Part shown: piece after piece, positions 27,145-32,000 of the stretch
Layout: every line of letters begins with the position of its first letter
How positions within the stretch are numbered: the first letter of the stretch is position 1
Assembly (NCBI RefSeq): GCF_000011125.1
Contig: NC_000854.2
Location: 630,001-662,000, forward strand
Reading direction: 5' to 3'
DNA: 32,000 nucleotides
Source: Aeropyrum pernix K1
GTDB taxonomy: Archaea > Thermoproteota > Thermoprotei_A > Sulfolobales > Acidilobaceae
Translations under genes and position numbers: made by a program
The notes under the pieces: generated by a model
Database searches by the model: none
What the model was told of the DNA's origin: nothing
The model's input: only the letters and a program-made list of their open reading frames with translations

Positions 27145-28074
27145 TTGGAGGGGTGCAGCGGCCTCACGGTGGCGGGGCTGGGGGTTTCGACGGTGGAGTC
27201 TGTGCCGCTCTACCACTACAGGCCGGGCGGGCTTGTTCTGAGGCTCTACACGGGCCCCCACGGCTCCCCCAGGCCGGGGGGAGGGGCTTCCAGTCGGTGT
27301 CTTGAGTGGGGTGTTGAGGTTTGCGAGTGGATGTCGAGGCCCGGCAGCTTCCCGGCCTATACTGTGGGGCTGGAGAGGCTGCGGGGGCTGGCTGGCAGGT
27401 GGGGTGTTGAGGCTGCTGTGCTGGATGGTCTGGAGTCGTGGCTCCACGCCCCCTGCGCCAGGAGGCTGGGGCTGCCGCTGGCAGCTAGGACCCAGGGGCT
27501 CCTCGAGCCCGGTGCGGAGGAGCTGGGGCTGCTTGAGGCGTTGGCTGCAGAGTACACCTACCTCTTGGGGGGCGGGGGTTCGAACCTGGCGCTGGCCAGG
27601 ACGGTGGAGGAGGCTGTGGGGAAGGGTGTTTGGGTTGAGGTGGTGGTTTACATGCCTAGGCCTGTTGAGTCCAGCCTCCTAGCACCACCCCTCCAGGCCG
27701 CTAGGGAAGCCGGGGCTCCGCTCCACCTGGTGGTGCTGGACCACGGCGGCGGGGGGCCCCTGTCGAGGCTCGCCGCGGAGGTTGAGAGGCTGCACTGGCC
27801 GGTCTACATACACTCACCCCCCTACAGCAGGCTCGACACCCGCTGCCCCCGCTGCGGCACAGTGGTTGCCACGAGGAGGGAGGGGCTGCTGGACGCCATG
27901 CAGCTGGCCAGCGGCGGCAGGTGCCCCCGCTGCGGCGCGGGGATACCGGTGAAGGGGGGGTGGAGGGGAGGGACGCCCAGGTGGTTCAGGAGGCTAGCCC
28001 CCGAGGGGGTCTACTGGATCGACCCTAGGATCCTGGGGGGCAGGCCCGCCGGGGATCCGGGGGAAAGCTTATAA
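27145..28074 (+). CDS. Radical-SAM activase (PflA/AmmeMemoRadiSam-type, COG1180)-like protein lacking the CxxxCxxC cluster motif; C-terminal double CPRCG zinc ribbon
   Basis: VESVPLYHYRPGGLVLRLYTG aligns by eye with the DPIEKKPLxHFxPGS...G block that precedes the Fe-S motif in this family. The expected GCNxxCxFCQN is replaced by PHGSPRPGGGASSRCLEWGVEVCEW. The C-terminus VYIHSPPYSRLDTRCPRCGTVVATR...GGRCPRCGAGIPVKGGW matches the family tail. Confidence 0.45.
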   Translation: MEGCSGLTVAGLGVSTVESVPLYHYRPGGLVLRLYTGPHGSPRPGGGASSRCLEWGVEVCEWMSRPGSFPAYTVGLERLRGLAGRWGVEAAVLDGLESWLHAPCARRLGLPLAARTQGLLEPGAEELGLLEALAAEYTYLLGGGGSNLALARTVEEAVGKGVWVEVVVYMPRPVESSLLAPPLQAAREAGAPLHLVVLDHGGGGPLSRLAAEVERLHWPVYIHSPPYSRLDTRCPRCGTVVATRREGLLDAMQLASGGRCPRCGAGIPVKGGWRGGTPRWFRRLAPEGVYWIDPRILGGRPAGDPGESL

Positions 28075-28127
28075 CCTCTGGATGTCTTTATGGAGTTGGA
28101 CACTAACCCGCATGGAGGTGGTGGAGC

Positions 28128-28400
28128 GTGAAGTTCTGTCCCAAGTGCGGCGGCGTCATGCTGCCCAGGAAGGATGGTGAGAAGAGGCTCCTCGTCTGCG
28201 GCAGCTGCGGCTACACCATAGAGGCCAAGCCCGAGGACCTCAGCAGGTACAAGGGCGTGGAGAAGGTCAAGGACCACGTGCTCACTACCAAGACGGTGAA
28301 CGTGGTTAAGAAGAGGCAGAGGGAGAAGGAGGAGATAGAGCAGGCGAGGGAGGAGTACTACGAGCTCGTTCTAGAACAGCTCGGAGAGTACGGCGAGTAA
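28128..28400 (+). CDS. TFS/Rpb9-type N-terminal zinc-ribbon protein with an acidic helical tail (lacks the TFIIS-type C-terminal ribbon)
   Basis: The GTG start is preceded by a strong ggaggtgg SD. (M)KFCPKCGGVMLPRKDGEKRLLVCGSCGY is near-identical in pattern to the N-terminal ribbon of archaeal TFS/RpoM. The rest (KKRQREKEEIEQAREEYYELVLEQLGEYGE) has no second Cys4 ribbon and no acidic DE hairpin. Confidence 0.6.
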   Translation: MKFCPKCGGVMLPRKDGEKRLLVCGSCGYTIEAKPEDLSRYKGVEKVKDHVLTTKTVNVVKKRQREKEEIEQAREEYYELVLEQLGEYGE

Positions 28401-28431
28401 TGAGGGCCCCCAAGCCCGGAGCCCTGAAACC

Positions 28432-28968
28432 CTAGTTTAGAGCCTCCCAGGCCCTCCCGTCGCTGTCGTGAGGCCCCGCGGCGGGGGGCTGGAGCCCCCC
28501 GCCCTCGACCTCGCTCCTCCTCACAACAGTCATCCCAACCCTCAGCGCAGCCCCCCTCCTGAGCATCTCTATAAGGTCTCTCCTCAGGTCCGCCGCCGCC
28601 TTGGAGCTCCCTATCATAACAGTCTCCGGCCCAACGAAGCTGCTCCTCCTGAACACCATCCTCCTCCCGTCGCCTAAGCTAAGGCCAGGGTGGCCCCTTC
28701 CGACGGCGGTGTCGCAAACCCCCTCAGAGCAGAGCACCACCACTATTATCGAGTCGGGGCTCCTAGCTATGCTCTTAAACCACTGGGGGAGGCTCCTGGG
28801 GGTCACGCTGCTCCTGATGCCGATTATGCAGTCGCCCCTGGGGGTGAGGTAGTCGTCGCTCGTGATCTCAAACGTCGTCCTATGGGTAGCCCTAACATTG
28901 GGGTGCCCCCAAGCCTGGAAGAACAGCCACCTACCCACAACCTCAAGCCCAGCCTCAGCCAACAACAA
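28432..28968 (-). CDS. Conserved archaeal hypothetical protein (DUF371-like by recollection)
   Basis: The core is AWGHPNVRATHRTTFEITSDDYLTPRGDCIIGIRS. The N-terminal part of the tracked 224-aa ORF overlaps the pcm upstream region and is probably not translated. Candidate starts are TTG 28968-28962 or GTG 28938. Confidence 0.5.
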   Translation of the reverse strand: MLLAEAGLEVVGRWLFFQAWGHPNVRATHRTTFEITSDDYLTPRGDCIIGIRSSVTPRSLPQWFKSIARSPDSIIVVVLCSEGVCDTAVGRGHPGLSLGDGRRMVFRRSSFVGPETVMIGSSKAAADLRRDLIEMLRRGAALRVGMTVVRRSEVEGGGLQPPAAGPHDSDGRAWEALN

Positions 28969-29185
28969 CCCCCCAGGGGCGGACCCGCGGCCTCCACACC
29001 AATCCCTAGGAGCCAAAACCTTATAGTTTCCACTCCCCCAGGCGGCCTCCAGTGCGGGTGGACGGTTGAAAAGCCCGGTGGCAGGGGCTGTTTTAGACCC
29101 CTCCACACCCCCTCCTACAACCGGGACGTCTTGGAGGTGGCCTGGGTTAAGGGATGCCGATCCCTACAGGGAGGCTAGGCTCAGG

Positions 29186-29848
29186 ATGGTGGAGCAGCTT
29201 AGGAGGAGCGGGCTGGTGACCAGCAGGAGGGTGCTCGAGGCCATGGCCAGGGTTCCCCGCCACCTCTTCGTGCCCCCGGAGTACAGGGGGATGGCGTATG
29301 AGGACAGGCCCCTCCCCATAGGCCACGGCCAGACGATAAGCGCCCCCGGGGTGGTGGGGAGGATGCTCCAGCTCCTCGACCCCCAGCCCGGGGAGAAGGT
29401 CCTAGACGTGGGGGCGGGCAGCGGCTACCAGTCCGCCCTCCTCGCAGAGCTCGTAACCCCCGGGGGCAGGGTCTACGCGGTGGAGAGGATACCCGAGCTG
29501 GCCGAGTACGCCAGGGAGAACCTGGAGAAGACGGGCTACCGGGGGGTGGTGGAGGTTGTCGTGGGGGACGGGAGCAAAGGCCTCCCACAACACGCCCCAT
29601 ACCACAGGATAAAAGTGGCCGCCGCAGCACCCAAACCCCCCAAACCCCTGGTGGAACAGCTAGCCCCCGGCGGGAGAATGGTCATACCCATAGGAACACC
29701 AGATCTCCAAATCCTAACAATCATAGAGAAAACCCCCGACGGCAGAGTGAGGGAGAGGAGGGACATAGAGGTCCTCTTCGTACCCCTAATAGGGGAACAC
29801 GGATACAGAGAAGACTGGCGGAAACAATACTGGCAATGGTGGCGATGA
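29186..29848 (+). CDS. pcm: Protein-L-isoaspartate O-methyltransferase
   Basis: MVEQLRRSGLVTSRRVLEAMARVPRHLFVP...PLPIGHGQTISAPGVVGRML...VLDVGAGSGYQSALLAELV...VVGDGSKG...APYHRIKVAAAAPKPPKPLVEQLAPGGRMVIPIG...FVPLIGEHGY. I chose ATG 29186 within the longer tracked ORF. Confidence 0.9.
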   Translation: MVEQLRRSGLVTSRRVLEAMARVPRHLFVPPEYRGMAYEDRPLPIGHGQTISAPGVVGRMLQLLDPQPGEKVLDVGAGSGYQSALLAELVTPGGRVYAVERIPELAEYARENLEKTGYRGVVEVVVGDGSKGLPQHAPYHRIKVAAAAPKPPKPLVEQLAPGGRMVIPIGTPDLQILTIIEKTPDGRVRERRDIEVLFVPLIGEHGYREDWRKQYWQWWR

Positions 29849-29991
29849 CGACTGTGGTTGGCACAGAACCCCAAAATAAAAGAGGGGTGATGAAGACTAG
29901 GAGCCCACCGAGCCGAGCCGTTAAAACATGAAATGATCCTGAAATGATAAGGAAAAGATGGTTGTAAGTGATTGGAGAAGAAATTCTATCC

Positions 29992-30519
29992 TTATCCTGA
30001 ATTTGCCTGACCTGCTATTCCTTCGCTAACTACTGTCGGTACAGATATTACTCCGCTCTTCTCGAAGTAAAGCTTTACAAGTATATTGTCTCCGGGACCT
30101 ATGTCTCCCTCGGTCAGGCTACACGTGGTCCCGTTCAGAATTATAGCTCCTGTTGAAACGATTTCGGTCGTGTTGGCTTGTATAGTAAAGGGTAGTACGT
30201 TGCCTAGGTTATTCTCGTCTAAAACACACGTCTTATTGTTACCAGATATCTCAATCCTAATAAGAGTATCACTACTACCACCGCTGTTGTTTATGTATAA
30301 TTTAGCCTCTATTTCATCGTTGTCTGTATTGTTTATCGTTTCGTAGACGACTTTTGCTGCTGATACTTGTATTTGTGGGCTTCCTGTTGCGAAGCTTCCC
30401 CATAGGCCGAATAGCCATCCTGCTACTGCTATGCTTATGGCTATCGCGACCGCCACTATTATTACCGTGGCTATAACCGGCGAAATACCCCTCCTGAGCC
30501 TCACTTCTGGTTTCACCAC
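29992..30519 (-). CDS. Archaeal type IV pilin-like protein (class III signal peptide)
   Basis: GTG start. (M)VKPEVRLRRG|ISPVIATVIIVAVAIAISIAVAGWLFGLW is the prepilin-peptidase-type signal with the hydrophobic N-terminal helix. The mature part is beta-rich with five N-x-S/T sequons (NNT, NNS, NKT, NTT, NGT). Confidence 0.75.
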   Translation of the reverse strand: MVKPEVRLRRGISPVIATVIIVAVAIAISIAVAGWLFGLWGSFATGSPQIQVSAAKVVYETINNTDNDEIEAKLYINNSGGSSDTLIRIEISGNNKTCVLDENNLGNVLPFTIQANTTEIVSTGAIILNGTTCSLTEGDIGPGDNILVKLYFEKSGVISVPTVVSEGIAGQANSG

Positions 30520-30660
30520 CTCTTCTTGTGTCTGTTTATGGTTTTTAGTGTTTGGTCTTGTTAAAACGGTTTTGATAGTAATACTGTGTTATGGGTTGGC
30601 CGGGTGTTTAGCTTTATGGTATTAAATTATTATTACTTTACCCCTGACTCTTTTAAGGGT

Positions 30661-31542
30661 TTAGGGCGGGCTGGCCTGGAACACCCTCTCCACCAGGTCT
30701 ATGTTCGTCCTGCGGACCCACTCTCGAGTCTCGGGTGTTCTGGAGGCTATTTCTCTGAGCTTCTGTGCCATCTTCCAGGGTTCTACGACTGCGCCGGGCC
30801 TGGCGGGGTCGTCTAGGTAGTCGCTCTCCACCATGTAGTCTGGCGGCTCGTTTGCGGCGGCGTGCTCGAGGAGCTTTGGGACCCCGGGTATGGTGGCGTT
30901 GTAGCCCCTCGCCACCGCCTCCTTGGCTACCCTGAGGGTTGCGTGGTGGAAGATCACCATGCCCCTCCTAGCCCCTGTGGCACCGGCCCTCCGGAGTATC
31001 CTGTCCACGGTCTCCACCGTGGCGGGCCCCTCGTTCTCCAGGTGGAGCTGGAGTAGGCAGCCCTCCTCTAGTGCGGCTGCTGCGGCCTCCTCCAATACCA
31101 CTTCAGCTATGGCCACTCTCAGGGGGCTCGTCCGGTAGTGCTGCCTCCCCACCTCCCCCACACCGTCTATAGCCCCCTCCCTGCAGAGCCTCCTGAGGAC
31201 CTCCACCGCCTCCAGCGCGGTCTCGAGGGCCTTCTCCGGGGGCTGGCGGTGCTTGTCTATCATCCTGTCAACCTCCGCGGGGTGGATGCCGGCGAAGCAC
31301 GCCACCCTCAGCCCCTCCTCACGGGCGGCCCTGCACTCCCGCAGGTGTATCTCGTACATCCTCCTGTAGGCCTCTACCCCTGTTGGGGCGAGGCCGTAGC
31401 TCCAGGTTGTGAGGGTTAGGAGGGCGGCGAACCAGCCCCCCTCCCTCCTGAACCTCCTCGCAACCTCCCTCGCGCCCAGCCCCCTGGTGGGGTTTGTGTG
31501 CATGTGGGCGTCCGCCACCAGTATATCCGCGGCCAAGTCCAC
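30661..31542 (-). CDS. TatD-related / amidohydrolase-superfamily metal-dependent hydrolase (TIM barrel)
   Basis: 293 aa. The N-terminal metal motif is ILVADAHMHTNP. Later His/Glu/Asp positions (GIHPAE, LQLHLE, VIFHHA, MVESDY) fit the TatD-like pattern. Confidence 0.65.
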   Translation of the reverse strand: MDLAADILVADAHMHTNPTRGLGAREVARRFRREGGWFAALLTLTTWSYGLAPTGVEAYRRMYEIHLRECRAAREEGLRVACFAGIHPAEVDRMIDKHRQPPEKALETALEAVEVLRRLCREGAIDGVGEVGRQHYRTSPLRVAIAEVVLEEAAAAALEEGCLLQLHLENEGPATVETVDRILRRAGATGARRGMVIFHHATLRVAKEAVARGYNATIPGVPKLLEHAAANEPPDYMVESDYLDDPARPGAVVEPWKMAQKLREIASRTPETREWVRRTNIDLVERVFQASPP

Positions 31543-32000
31543 CTAGCCTCCTCTCTTCTCCGCGTAGAGTGCGGGCCTGCCTGGGAGGGCGTTGGCCCTC
31601 CTGGGGCTTCCGCCATCCTCCTCCGTCTCAACCACCACCTTAACACCCAGCTCCTCCTGGAGTAGCTGGGCAGCGTCCCTCAGGGCCTCCAGCTCCACGC
31701 TCCTGGGTGCGGCTCTCCTGAGGACCTCGGGCGCCCTTGACAGCTGTTGGACGAGCCTCGCGGCCTCCCTCTTGTCGACGCCCTCCACCTTGAACGCCTC
31801 TCTGAGGGCCTCCTTCATGCTGGCGCCCCTCTCCCTCGCCCTCCTGACGGCCTCGACAGCCCGGTACTTCCACTCAGCCGCAACTGTGACGACTAGGGTG
31901 TCGGCCCCGCCTATGAGGCTGAGGACCTCCCTGGCGTCCTCCAGCACCGCCTGCACAGTCTCCTCCGCCGCCTCCACCTCGGGGCTTATCTTCGACTCGT
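31543..32000 (-). CDS. leuS: C-terminal domain of a class I aminoacyl-tRNA synthetase, most likely leucyl-tRNA synthetase (partial; continues beyond the window end)
   Basis: The reading frame stays open to position 32000. The tail ...RRANALPGRPALYAEKRGG resembles the A(L/M)PxKPAIYxE ending I recall for archaeal LeuRS. Family assignment is from memory only. Confidence 0.5.
   Translation of the reverse strand, partial: ESKISPEVEAAEETVQAVLEDAREVLSLIGGADTLVVTVAAEWKYRAVEAVRRARERGASMKEALREAFKVEGVDKREAARLVQQLSRAPEVLRRAAPRSVELEALRDAAQLLQEELGVKVVVETEEDGGSPRRANALPGRPALYAEKRGG

Noticed and set aside
27577-27586. ggttcgaacc, a T-loop-like string
   Set aside because: It is a simple 10-nt palindrome inside a well-supported coding frame, with no surrounding cloverleaf.
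29887-29942. C/D box sRNA candidate (GTGATGA at 29887-29893, CTGA at 29939-29942, 56 nt apart)
   Set aside because: There are no acceptable internal D'/C' boxes at the required spacing and no terminal complementary stem. The box-like strings are expected by chance in this AT-rich spacer.

Overview
Gene-dense, mostly housekeeping chromosomal window from a hyperthermophilic crenarchaeon. It looks Aeropyrum/Desulfurococcales-like: G+C-rich, many GTG/TTG starts, TATA boxes about 25-30 nt upstream of leaderless starts, and an intron-containing cbf5. Landmarks on the minus strand are the distal spc-type cluster secY-adkA-DUF106(YidC/Oxa1-like)-amidase-rpl34e-cmk-rpl14e, glycerate 2-kinase, an M28 peptidase / GT-C glycosyltransferase / LEA_2-like string, a type IV pilin-like gene, a TatD-like hydrolase and the 3' end of a probable leuS. 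On the plus strand are a DMT transporter, a sodium:solute symporter, a wHTH-CBS regulator, ribB-ribC, cbf5, a PNP/UDP-family nucleoside phosphorylase and pcm. The strongest sequence-level observation concerns cbf5, which the ORF track splits into two frames. The 38 nt at 19713..19750 fold into a textbook helix-bulge-helix-bulge-helix motif, and removing them recreates the catalytic GGTLDP motif in frame. This is an archaeal protein-coding intron, a type already reported for crenarchaeal cbf5, not a frameshift. Other items worth a second look:
- an unlisted 56-codon hyper-acidic ORF on a polypurine tract (1187..1357);
- a 340-nt structured spacer (23443..23786) with a 64-nt rod hairpin, a 19-nt palindrome between a TATA box and a leaderless 51-codon ORF;
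- a divergent pair of Thr-rich-stalk, C-terminally anchored surface proteins;
- an orphan divergent pair of ribbon-helix-helix genes;
- a radical-SAM-activase-like protein that has lost its CxxxCxxC motif;
- a TFS-like protein with only the N-terminal Zn ribbon;
- an AT-rich islet carrying a sequon-rich pilin.
I found no rRNA, canonical tRNA, CRISPR array, transposase/integrase or recognisable defence system, and no convincing evidence for a wholly new multi-gene system. Family names come from motif recognition by eye, not database searches. Many long alternative-frame ORFs in the G+C-rich blocks are treated as artefacts.
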